A stretch of 64,000 bases of DNA, from NCBI GenBank assembly GCA_004297485.1, contig SCTM01000153.1, positions 2,172 to 66,171 on the forward strand. Direction: 5' to 3'. Below the pieces are notes generated by a model. It saw only the letters and a program-made list of their open reading frames with translations. It was not told where the DNA came from and searched no databases. This document shows positions 18,271 through 29,127 of this stretch, piece by piece (within the stretch, counting starts at the first letter, position 1; each line of letters opens with the position of its first letter). Source of the DNA: Rhodospirillaceae bacterium. Lineage in GTDB: Bacteria; Pseudomonadota; Alphaproteobacteria; Rhodospirillales; Rhodospirillaceae. Position numbers and translations under genes: made by a program.

Positions 18271-19041
18271 CTAAGCCCGGCCTCCGTTAGGACCGAACGG
18301 GCCTGCTCGAAATCGCGGTGAGAAGGTCGCTTCAAAAACGGGAGCGAGCATGTCGTATAATTCGTCCAGACGCCGCACCAGTTTACGCATCATGGCGTTG
18401 AACTCCCGCTGGAGCTCAGTGAGCCCTTCGCGAAAATAGCGATTAACCGGGAGCGGCTGGCCATTCTCGCCCATTATCCCGTTGTGCCGATGCTCAAAGA
18501 GAGACCCCATCTTGAACATTTGATCATCACTGCTGAAGCCACGTTCAGCGCCGTGATGAAAGCGACCATTGCGTTCCTGTCGTAACGTTCCCTGATCGGC
18601 TATCATTTCATAGAGAAGATCAAGAAACGGCTTTGGCACGCCAGCTTTCTTGAGCCTTGCAGCAGTACAGTCGCGCGCGTCCAGCTCGCACTCGAATACC
18701 TCATTGATGAGAAGCATCACGCAATCGACCACTGAAATGAAGCGCATGAGAAAGGCATCTGCCGAGACCGTTAGCCATTCGTAGCGCGAGAGCGGGAAAT
18801 TTTTGAAATTGTCGGGAAAATTCTCGGACCAAAGCATGTCTCCAACCATGTTAAGAGACTCGACACGTCGCGTCAGCGTGGACAGGAAGTGGTTGACGCG
18901 AAATGCGTATTTGCAGTCAGGATGTTTGGCCAGTTCATCGTACGTGTCGAAGTGAAGTCCGACGATGGAAAGATCATAAATCCGACCCACGAATTCATGG
19001 TTGTCGGAGGGCAAGATGAATCTTTTTAGCGGCCTGGCCAT
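18271..19041 (-). CDS. Hypothetical protein with a HEPN-like R-x4-H motif
   Basis: All-helical 256-aa ORF. RNGRFH lies at 18556-18573, an Rx4H motif with Asn after the Arg, as in many HEPN RNase families. The region has lower GC and I see no clear ribosome-binding site. Confidence 0.45.
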   Translation of the reverse strand: MARPLKRFILPSDNHEFVGRIYDLSIVGLHFDTYDELAKHPDCKYAFRVNHFLSTLTRRVESLNMVGDMLWSENFPDNFKNFPLSRYEWLTVSADAFLMRFISVVDCVMLLINEVFECELDARDCTAARLKKAGVPKPFLDLLYEMIADQGTLRQERNGRFHHGAERGFSSDDQMFKMGSLFEHRHNGIMGENGQPLPVNRYFREGLTELQREFNAMMRKLVRRLDELYDMLAPVFEATFSPRFRAGPFGPNGGRA

Positions 19042-19146
19042 AATCGCTATTACTTATTGTGGGAAGGCGCTCAAACTATTTGGTCGGCAGCTCTTATTCA
19101 GGCAGAGCCTTTTCTACCTAAGAACCTCCACGGTATCCCACAACCT

Positions 19147-19205
19147 CACTCCCGCTCAATCATTCCCGGCGGCTTTGACGTCACAGGCAACGCGGTTCAC
19201 GTCCA
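19147..19205 (-). pseudogene. Degenerate copy of the guaA 3' end (remnant 2)
   Basis: TCACTCCCGCTCAATCATTCCCGGCGGCTTTGACGTCACAGGCAACGCGGTT aligns with the true guaA end TCACTCCCATTCTATGGTCCCCGGTGGCTTTGACGTCACATCGTAGGTGACGCGGTT. It would encode TSKPPGMIERE* against [11 protein letters not shown] in guaA. Confidence 0.7.
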
Positions 19206-19228
19206 CACTTCGTCGGCAATGTCATTGG

Positions 19229-20560
19229 TCAGGCCCACGGGATATTTCTGTTCACTAGTGAAACACCCCTTTTCACCATTACTCTTTTGTCCTCGTACCA
19301 AACTACGCTAATAGGTCCATCCTGAGAAACCACAACGACATGCGCGTCGGCAGCCTGACTTACCAGCTTGATTGCCGATCGGTGCCGCATGCCAAACTGC
19401 TCAACATCGCAAGTCTTATGTTTCTGCGCGAATTCGTCTATGACTTCCGACACGGCAACACCCGAGGCGAATTCGGCACACACTTCTGCGCCAAACCCCA
19501 TTAGCCGCAAATCCGACGACAACACTATCGCGCCGTCGCATCCCGCCAACTGGGCCACAAACCTGGTCGTTTCAGTCAAACGATCCGACGCGGCGGAAAG
19601 AACTAGCTCGGACTTAAAATACTTGGCCGAACTCTTCTTATTTGCACGCTCAAACTGCTCCCAAAAGTCGGCGGTAACATTCCGAGCATTGATAAAATCA
19701 ACAAAGGCTGTTTGGAGAAAATCGGAGCCGGTCGGATATTTTATCCGAAGGTGTTTTACCATTTCTGTCGCGTCAACTGGGGCGACAACCAGCATTCCTC
19801 CGTGACCAGAAAGGGCGATGGAATTTGCGATGGACGAAAATACATTCCAGAGCGCTGTAAAACAAAAGCCGTGGTAATCCTTAGGCTCCTCGAATTTTGG
19901 TGGGGCGAAGCGCTTGCCCATGACTCTGAGGCCTTGGTCGACCGGCGTATGTAGAAATGCATTGATTTCAACGCCGCCGCGCGTCACCTCACCATCGATC
20001 AAACTTCCAACGTGGAACTGTCCTTGGTAGACTTTCATCCTCCCGGGCCTATCAACTTGGATAAGCAAGTTATTCGGCACCGCATAATTATACGAGAGAC
20101 CCAAGCGCGCCCTGTGCCAAGACGTACCCAGGTCTACCAGTCCAGCCACACATATTTCATTGTCGTCCCACGTTATCCAAATTGCAGATTTACGCAGGTC
20201 AGAGGCTGGCGCAAGGCGTTGCAGCTCACTTACAGTCAATGTGCGTGGTTGAACGAATGGATGAAAATTGATGTCAGGTTTCGCCGTCTGTGCGAGACCT
20301 TCTTTCGTAACGACTACATTGAATTGTGAGTAGCGTCCTTCTTCTGGAGATGCAGCAGCAAGATAACTCGCCTCCAGAATAGTTCGGAGTTTTTCCTTGG
20401 GCGGGCAAGCAGGAGCAATGTGATCCCCGGCGATCATTATGTCCCAGCGGCTGGCCACCATTTCAGCAAGATCCCGCGGAAAGGCGGCGCGATTCACTTT
20501 CCTCTTGCGCGGGAATGCTACTGCATCAATTCCAACAAGACGGCCGCTTCCCCTGTCCAT
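19229..20560 (-). CDS. DisA_N/DAC-like (diadenylate-cyclase fold) protein with a large uncharacterised N-terminal region
   Basis: The C-terminal roughly 190 aa carry the DAC blocks in order: GHGGMLVV, CDGAIVL (DGA at 19529-19537), GMRHRSAI (RHR at 19379-19387) and VVVVSQDGPISV. No HhH or transmembrane part is present. The ATG at 20560 overlaps the pseudo-stop of guaA remnant 1 (TGATG). Confidence 0.6.
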   Translation of the reverse strand: MDRGSGRLVGIDAVAFPRKRKVNRAAFPRDLAEMVASRWDIMIAGDHIAPACPPKEKLRTILEASYLAAASPEEGRYSQFNVVVTKEGLAQTAKPDINFHPFVQPRTLTVSELQRLAPASDLRKSAIWITWDDNEICVAGLVDLGTSWHRARLGLSYNYAVPNNLLIQVDRPGRMKVYQGQFHVGSLIDGEVTRGGVEINAFLHTPVDQGLRVMGKRFAPPKFEEPKDYHGFCFTALWNVFSSIANSIALSGHGGMLVVAPVDATEMVKHLRIKYPTGSDFLQTAFVDFINARNVTADFWEQFERANKKSSAKYFKSELVLSAASDRLTETTRFVAQLAGCDGAIVLSSDLRLMGFGAEVCAEFASGVAVSEVIDEFAQKHKTCDVEQFGMRHRSAIKLVSQAADAHVVVVSQDGPISVVWYEDKRVMVKRGVSLVNRNIPWA

Positions 20561-20638
20561 CACTCCCACTCAATCGTCCCTGGCGGCTTACTGGTCACAT
20601 CATACGCCACGCGGTTGACACCCTTCACCTCGTTGACG
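20560..20638 (-). pseudogene. Degenerate copy of the guaA 3' end (remnant 1)
   Basis: About 80% identical to 20852-20930. It translates to [24 protein letters not shown] against [24 protein letters not shown] in guaA. Most differences are synonymous. Confidence 0.85.
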
Positions 20639-20652
20639 TCATCGTAGGATTA

Positions 20653-20844
20653 TCACTTCTTACCGGCCCATCCCCGCTCCGCGACCCGGCTCATCTGCTC
20701 GGCGGACAGGGCACGCCGACCCGGCTTCTTCAAGCAACCGAAAACATCGGAAATCTTTCCCGTGGGCACGGCCTTTGCGGTTTCGGACGCGAAGACGCGT
20801 GCTTTCCGTACGCTTTTCAGGATGCGCTTACCTTCCTTTGTCAC
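20653..20844 (-). CDS. Small ORF resembling the C-terminal tail of an AbrB/VapB-type antitoxin, possibly a remnant
   Basis: DVFGCLKKPGRRALSAEQMSRVAERGWA resembles the tails of AbrB-type antitoxins, but the SpoVT/AbrB DNA-binding part is absent. The GTG start lies 7 nt after the guaA stop. Confidence 0.3.
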   Translation of the reverse strand: MTKEGKRILKSVRKARVFASETAKAVPTGKISDVFGCLKKPGRRALSAEQMSRVAERGWAGKK

Positions 20845-20851
20845 GTCACTC

Positions 20852-22405
20852 TCACTCCCATTCTATGGTCCCCGGTGGCTTTGACGTCACATCGTAGGTG
20901 ACGCGGTTGACGCCCTTCACCTCATTGACGATGCGGTTGGCGATCTGGCCCAACAGCGCCATGTCGAAGTGGAAAAAGTCGGCGGTCATGCCGTCGGTGG
21001 ATGTGACGGCGCGCAGCGCCAGCGCGTAGTCATAGGAACGCGCATCGCCCATGACGCCCACGGTGCGTACGGGCAGCAGCACGGCGAACGCCTGCCAGAT
21101 GGAATCGTAGAGGCCAGCGTTCCTGATTTCCTCAAGATAAATCGCATCGGCCTTGCGCAGGATGTCGAGCTTTTCCCGCGTGATCTCCTGCCCCGGAATG
21201 CGGATGGCGAGGCCGGGACCGGGGAACGGATGGCGGCCCACCATTTCGTCGGGCAGGCCCAGTTCGCGGCCGAGCACGCGCACCTCGTCCTTGAACAATT
21301 CGCGCAAGGGTTCCACCAGCTTCATCTTCATGCGCGCGGGCAGGCCGCCGACGTTGTGGTGGGACTTGATGGTGACGCTGGGCCCGCCGTGGAAGGACAC
21401 GGACTCGATCACGTCGGGATAGAGCGTGCCCTGCGCCAGGAAATCGGCGCCGCCGGCCTTGTGCGCCTCTTCGTCGAACACGTCGATGAAGGTGGCACCG
21501 ATGATCTTGCGCTTTTTCTCCGGGTCGATCTCGCCCTTGAGCTTGCCCAGGAACAAATCGGACGCGTCGCGCGCGATCAGGCGCACATTGAAGCGGTCGC
21601 GGAACACGCGCACCACTTGCTCCGTCTCACCGGCGCGCATGAGGCCGTGATCCACCAGCACGCACAGCAACTGATCGCCGATGGCCTCATGCAACAGCGC
21701 CGCCACCACGGATGAGTCGACGCCGCCCGACAGGCCGCAGATGACGCGGCCTTTGCCGACTTGTGCCTTGACGGCGGCGATGGCCTGCTGCTTGAACGCG
21801 GCCATGGTCCAGTCGCCCTTGGCGCCGCAAATGTCGCGCACGAACTTCCGGTAGAGTTCGGTTCCATGGGGCGTGTGCACCACTTCGGGATGGAACTGGA
21901 CGGCATAAAAGTGCCGCGCCTCGTCGGCGACGGCGGCGAACGGCGCGCCGTCGGAGGTCGCCACGACCTTGAAACCGGGGGGCAACGACACGACGCGGTC
22001 GCCGTGGCTCATCCACACCTGCTCGCGACCGCCCACGGTCCAATGGCCGGAGAACAGGTTCGATGCGCCGGTGATGTCGACGAAGGCGCGGCCGAATTCG
22101 CGGTGGTCGGAGCTTTCCACGCGCCCACCGAGTTGGGCCACCATGGTCTGCTGGCCGTAGCAGATGCCCAGCACCGGCAGGCCCATGGTGAACAGTTCAT
22201 CCGGCGCCTTGGGCGTGCCGATGTCGAGCACCGACGCAGGGCCGCCGGACAGGATCACGCCACGGGGCGCGAATGCCTTGATGGTGGCCGCCGTGACTTT
22301 GTTGAAGGGTTGGATTTCGCAATAGACGCCGATCTCGCGCACGCGCCGCGCGATCAGCTGTGTGACTTGGGAGCCGAAATCGATAATGAGAATGCGGTCG
22401 GTCAT
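20852..22405 (-). CDS. guaA: GMP synthase (glutamine-hydrolysing)
   Basis: Full-length match to the GuaA pattern: GATase domain ([27 protein letters not shown]), PP-loop SGGVDSS and the canonical C-terminus [10 protein letters not shown]. Confidence 0.97.
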   Translation of the reverse strand: MTDRILIIDFGSQVTQLIARRVREIGVYCEIQPFNKVTAATIKAFAPRGVILSGGPASVLDIGTPKAPDELFTMGLPVLGICYGQQTMVAQLGGRVESSDHREFGRAFVDITGASNLFSGHWTVGGREQVWMSHGDRVVSLPPGFKVVATSDGAPFAAVADEARHFYAVQFHPEVVHTPHGTELYRKFVRDICGAKGDWTMAAFKQQAIAAVKAQVGKGRVICGLSGGVDSSVVAALLHEAIGDQLLCVLVDHGLMRAGETEQVVRVFRDRFNVRLIARDASDLFLGKLKGEIDPEKKRKIIGATFIDVFDEEAHKAGGADFLAQGTLYPDVIESVSFHGGPSVTIKSHHNVGGLPARMKMKLVEPLRELFKDEVRVLGRELGLPDEMVGRHPFPGPGLAIRIPGQEITREKLDILRKADAIYLEEIRNAGLYDSIWQAFAVLLPVRTVGVMGDARSYDYALALRAVTSTDGMTADFFHFDMALLGQIANRIVNEVKGVNRVTYDVTSKPPGTIEWE

Positions 22406-22432
22406 GGTGAGACTTTATGATGGGTGGTGTTT

Positions 22433-22541
22433 CCCCCCTCACCCGCTCGCTCCGCTCGCGACCTCTCCCCGCTGGGGAGAGGTGCTGACAAGAACAACGC
22501 GGTCCCCTCTCCCCAACGGGGAGAGGGACAGGGTGAGGGGG
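22433..22541. repeat. Compound GGGGAGAGG-type palindromic repeat (REP-like)
   Basis: An outer stem CCCCCTCACCC...GGGTGAGGGGG encloses two hairpins, CCTCTCCCCGCTGGGGAGAGG and CCCTCTCCCCAACGGGGAGAGGG. Confidence 0.75.
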
Positions 22542-22569
22542 TCATTAAGGGACGCCAGATTGTCATGCT

Positions 22570-23880
22570 CTAACTCACCCGTTCAAGAATCGCGACAAAG
22601 AATCCGTCGGTGCCGTGGCGGGCGGGGGTCAGAGTCAGGAACGGCTCGCCCCCCGGATTCACCATGGGACAATCGCTGCCCAGCACGGCTTTCCACACTT
22701 CGGCCACGGGCACGGGGCGGTATTCGGTATGGCGGTGTAAAAACTGCGTGATGCGTTCGGCATTTTCCTCGGGCAGCAGGGAACAGGTGGCATAGACCAG
22801 CCGCCCGCCCACCTTCACCAGGGGTGCCGCCTGCTCCAGCACCGCGTCCTGGGTGGCCTTGAGGTTGACCAGATTGGACGTTTCCAAACGCCAGCGGGCG
22901 TCGGGATTGCGCCGCCAGGCGCCGGTGCCCGAGCACGGCGCATCCACCAGCACGCGATCAAACGCGCCATGCTGGCGCCCGATCCATTTGTCCTTGTCCT
23001 CAAGAATGCGCAGCGTGGCGTTGTGGGCCCCGGCGCGGCGCAGGCGTAACTTGGAACGCTCCAGCCGGCCGATGGAAACATCGCAGGCGACGATGCGGCC
23101 CTTGTTCTGCATGGCGGCGGACATGGCCAGGGTTTTGCCGCCGGCACCGGCGCAGAGATCCAGCACCGCCATGCCGGGCTTTGCATCCACCAGCAAGGCG
23201 CAAAGCTGCGAGGCCTCGTCCTGCACCTCGAAGATGCCTTCCTTGAAACCGGCGTGGGTGCCGATGGCAATGCGGGCGGGCAGACGCAAACCCCAGGGCG
23301 AGAATGGTGTGGGCGTGGGTGAAAGTTCCTCCGCCGTCAGGCGCGCGCTCACGTCCTCGCGGGTGGTCTTGAGCACATTGGCGCGGAGATCGAGGCCGGC
23401 TTCCTGGCCAAGCGCCGCCAGTTCCGCGTCGGTCTGATCGCCGAAGGCACGGTCGAATTTCTCCAGCAGCCATTCGGGCAACTCGAACCGCACATGGCGC
23501 GGCGCCGCATCCCAATCGGTCGTCACGAACCGCTCGGCGACGCGGCGCTCATAGGCCGTCATGGGCTCGGGTTCGTACTTGGCGCCGGAGAACGGCCCGG
23601 TGAGCGCGTCGACGCTTTTGCCGTCGGCGCGGATGAGGTCGGCGATCACCAGCAGCTTGGCGGTCACATGATCGGCGCGCAGGCCCCAGGCCAAACGCGC
23701 GCGATTGCGCAAGATGCGCCACACCTGGCTGGCCACGGCCTTGCGGTCCTTGGCGCCGATGAAGCGGCGGGCGCGGAAGAAGGCCGACACCACGCCGTCG
23801 GCGGGACGATCCGCGCGCAGGATTTCGTCCATAAGATCGATGGCGGTTTGCAGGCGACCGGCGGGCGTCATGGGAGGCAC
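22570..23880 (-). CDS. rsmB: 16S rRNA (cytosine-C5)-methyltransferase, RsmB/Sun family
   Basis: SAM motif DLCAGAGGKT and the catalytic motifs DAPCSGTGAWRRNPD and YATCSLLPEEN. The start is either GTG 23880 or ATG 23871. Confidence 0.85.
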   Translation of the reverse strand: MPPMTPAGRLQTAIDLMDEILRADRPADGVVSAFFRARRFIGAKDRKAVASQVWRILRNRARLAWGLRADHVTAKLLVIADLIRADGKSVDALTGPFSGAKYEPEPMTAYERRVAERFVTTDWDAAPRHVRFELPEWLLEKFDRAFGDQTDAELAALGQEAGLDLRANVLKTTREDVSARLTAEELSPTPTPFSPWGLRLPARIAIGTHAGFKEGIFEVQDEASQLCALLVDAKPGMAVLDLCAGAGGKTLAMSAAMQNKGRIVACDVSIGRLERSKLRLRRAGAHNATLRILEDKDKWIGRQHGAFDRVLVDAPCSGTGAWRRNPDARWRLETSNLVNLKATQDAVLEQAAPLVKVGGRLVYATCSLLPEENAERITQFLHRHTEYRPVPVAEVWKAVLGSDCPMVNPGGEPFLTLTPARHGTDGFFVAILERVS

Positions 23881-24090
23881 CGCTGTAATAAACTCACTCG
23901 TCGTCCGCGGGCTTGACCCGAGGTCCCAGGGTTACGGAACTCGCGTTCCGCAGCAACAACGTCGGATGCCGCATCGTACAATGCCCAGCCACCCTGGACC
24001 CTCGGATCAAGTCCGAGGGTGACAGTTGAAGTTCGTTGCTGTGGGCGGAGGCGCAAGGCGGGCGTGATCATCTCGCCCCGGCAAAAAGCG

Positions 24091-26692
<2,602 letters not shown>

Positions 26693-26712
26693 TCGAAAAG
26701 CGAGGCGCGCCG

Positions 26713-26757
26713 TCACCCCTTGAGCGCTCACCCCTTGAAGGCTTACCCTTTGAAGCC
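26713..26757. repeat. 15-bp x 3 tandem repeat covering the rlmE stop codon
   Basis: The minus strand reads GGCTTCAAAGGGTAA GCCTTCAAGGGGTGA GCGCTCAAGGGGTGA, which is GFKG*, AFKG*, ALKG*. Confidence 0.85.
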
Positions 26758-27429
26758 CGTGGCGATGAGATAGACTTCCGCCGATTCCTTGCGGCTCGCC
26801 GGTGGCTTCGCGTGGCGCACGACGCCGCAGCGGCTTTTGATCAGCTTGAGCAGTTCATTTTCCGCGCCGCCCTGGAAAACCTTGCACACGAACGCGCCGC
26901 CAGGGGCAAGCACCTCAATGGCAAAACTCCAGGCTGCTTCGGCCAAGGCGATGATCCGCAGGTGGTCGGTGGCGCCGTGGCCCGTGGCCGGCGCGGCCAT
27001 GTCGCTGAGGACCACGTCGGCCGGTCCGCCAAGGGCCTGCTTGAGAACGTCGGGCGCCGTGGGATCGAGAAAATCCAGCGTCAGGCAGGTGGCGTCGGTC
27101 ACCGGCGTCCACGCATTGATGTCCAGGCCGATCACCTTGCCTCCGCCCGGACTTCCGGCGCGCACCCGCTCCACGGCAACTTGCGTCCAACCGCCCGGCG
27201 CCGCGCCCAGATCCACCACCCGCTTGCCCGGCTTGAGGAGGTGATATTTGTCGTCGAGCTCCGTGAGTTTATAGGCCGCGCGGGAACGGCGGCCCTCGGC
27301 CTTGGCGCGCGCCACATAAGGGTCGTTGAGCTGGCGCCGCAACCAAGCGGCTTGACCCACGGTACGCCCGCGCGCGGTCTTGACCCGCACCGACAGGCCA
27401 CGGCCGGACCCGCCCTTTGCCTTCGTCAT
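26743..27429 (-). CDS. rlmE: 23S rRNA (uridine2552-2'-O)-methyltransferase RlmE/FtsJ
   Basis: WLRRQLNDPYV..A...G.RSRAAYKL.ELD and VVDLGAAPGGWTQV, followed by DVVLSDMAP. Confidence 0.92.
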   Translation of the reverse strand: MTKAKGGSGRGLSVRVKTARGRTVGQAAWLRRQLNDPYVARAKAEGRRSRAAYKLTELDDKYHLLKPGKRVVDLGAAPGGWTQVAVERVRAGSPGGGKVIGLDINAWTPVTDATCLTLDFLDPTAPDVLKQALGGPADVVLSDMAAPATGHGATDHLRIIALAEAAWSFAIEVLAPGGAFVCKVFQGGAENELLKLIKSRCGVVRHAKPPASRKESAEVYLIATGFKG

Positions 27430-27453
27430 GGTTCGTGCTTTCAGATTGCGTAT

Positions 27454-28695
27454 TTAAAGTCGGTGAAGCGGGCCGGGCGCGACCTGCAACAACGCCGGAT
27501 GGATCAAATCCATCAGCAGGCCCTCGCGCAAGCCCCGATCGGCGACCCGCAGCCGGCCCACGGGCCACAGCCGGCAGATGGCGTCGAGAATAGCACACCC
27601 CACCAGCACCAGATCGGCTCGTTGCCAGCCGATGCAAGGTTCCGCCGCGCGCTGGTGCATGGTCATCCGGCATAGGGATTTGTTGGTTTCCGCGAGGCTC
27701 GTGAAATCGAGGGTCAGGCCGTCGACCAAGGCGCGGTCGTAACGCTCGAGCCCCAGGTAAAGACCACCCAGGGTCGTGACCGTGCCCGACGTGCCGATCA
27801 TCTGCACCGCGCCCGCGGCGATCTTGGCGCGAATGTCGTAGGTTTCATCGAACGGCGTCAGTAAGCGGGTAACCCGCTCGACGATGGCGCCGTAGGTGCG
27901 CTCGCACAGATCGCCGCCGCCGCAATCCTCGGCCACCGTGACAACCCCCATGGGAAGGGAGATGCATCCCTCCACCGTCAGGCTGAGCGGATCGACGCGC
28001 ACCAATAAAACTTCCGTGGATCCGCCGCCGATATCGAAAATCATCGCATAGGGCACGGTGCGGTCGATGAGCCCGGCGCAGCCTTTCAAGGCCAGGGTGG
28101 CTTCCTCGTGGGCGGAGATGATTTCCAGAGTAATGCCGGTTTCCCGGCCTACGCGTTCAAGAAACTCGTCGCAGTTGACCGCGCGGCGACAGGCCTCGGT
28201 GGCGACCTGACGGGATGCTGTGACCCGGCGGCGTTCCATCTTTTCGGCGCAGCGTTTCAGGGCATCGATCGTGCGGTCCATGGCGTCGCGGGACAGAACG
28301 CCGGACCGGCTTAGTCCTTCTCCCAGGCGGGTGATGCGCGAGAAGGAATCGATCACCCGGAACTCACCGGCCACGGGCGCGGGGGCCGCTTGTCCGGAGA
28401 CCGGGATCGGCAGGGGGTCGGCGAGCCCGTCCGTGGCACATGACGCAACACAGGGCTGAACGGAATAGGGCCGGGCCACCAGCATGCGGCAATTGTTGGT
28501 GCCAAGATCGAGGGCGGCATAAGTGCCCTGCGCGTCCGCCTTGGTCCGCCACGGCATGGCTGACGGCTCGGCCGCTTGTGCGGGGTTAAGCTCCCCCGGC
28601 GAACCAGTACTGTCGCCCATCACCCCTCCGGCCATACGGGCCGTTACCGGACCAAACGCGTTCTCGCGCCCTGCCGGACTAATCGCCGGCTGCAT
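27454..28695 (-). CDS. Ppx/GppA family phosphatase
   Basis: ASKHA-fold motifs ALDLGTNNCRML and FDIGGGSTE. Lies upstream of rlmE, as is common in alphaproteobacteria. The start is uncertain because several in-frame Met codons precede the first motif. Confidence 0.8.
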   Translation of the reverse strand: MQPAISPAGRENAFGPVTARMAGGVMGDSTGSPGELNPAQAAEPSAMPWRTKADAQGTYAALDLGTNNCRMLVARPYSVQPCVASCATDGLADPLPIPVSGQAAPAPVAGEFRVIDSFSRITRLGEGLSRSGVLSRDAMDRTIDALKRCAEKMERRRVTASRQVATEACRRAVNCDEFLERVGRETGITLEIISAHEEATLALKGCAGLIDRTVPYAMIFDIGGGSTEVLLVRVDPLSLTVEGCISLPMGVVTVAEDCGGGDLCERTYGAIVERVTRLLTPFDETYDIRAKIAAGAVQMIGTSGTVTTLGGLYLGLERYDRALVDGLTLDFTSLAETNKSLCRMTMHQRAAEPCIGWQRADLVLVGCAILDAICRLWPVGRLRVADRGLREGLLMDLIHPALLQVAPGPLHRL

Positions 28696-28909
28696 GACAG
28701 GTATGCTACCGGCTTCGCGCTATTGGCGAAAGGCCCGCCGAGGGCCAAGCGGGCAGTCCCCAGGGGGTACGCATCGGGGTAATGTCCGGGCGATAGCCCC
28801 GTGGCGGCCACACCCCTGAACCAAGGACCTCTTGAAAAGCGGGTGACGTTTCGACAAGTATGCGGCCCCGATTCGGGCCAAGTATCCTGGCCCTGGATCG
28901 CGGCCCTCC

Positions 28910-28983
28910 TGGGGGATCGTCCAACGGTAGGACAACGGACTCTGACTCCGTGAATCTAGGTTCGAATCCTAGTCCCCCAGCCA
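28910..28983 (+). tRNA. tRNA-Gln (anticodon CUG)
   Basis: A full cloverleaf was folded by hand: acceptor TGGGGGA/TCCCCCA, D stem GTCC/GGAC, anticodon stem ACGGA/TCCGT with loop CTCTGAC, T arm CTAGG-TTCGAAT-CCTAG, discriminator G and encoded CCA. 74 nt. Confidence 0.93.
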
Positions 28984-29127
28984 CCTTCTCGAAATCCTGA
29001 GAATTCAACAGGTCCCGCGTACCGAAGCGGGGCTGTGACGTAGCGCGGCGTAGCAGGCGGCCGTCTAAGCGGACTATTCTCAAAGCTACCATGGGGTGTC
29101 GTTTCCAGCAGCTCATTCGGGTCAGAC

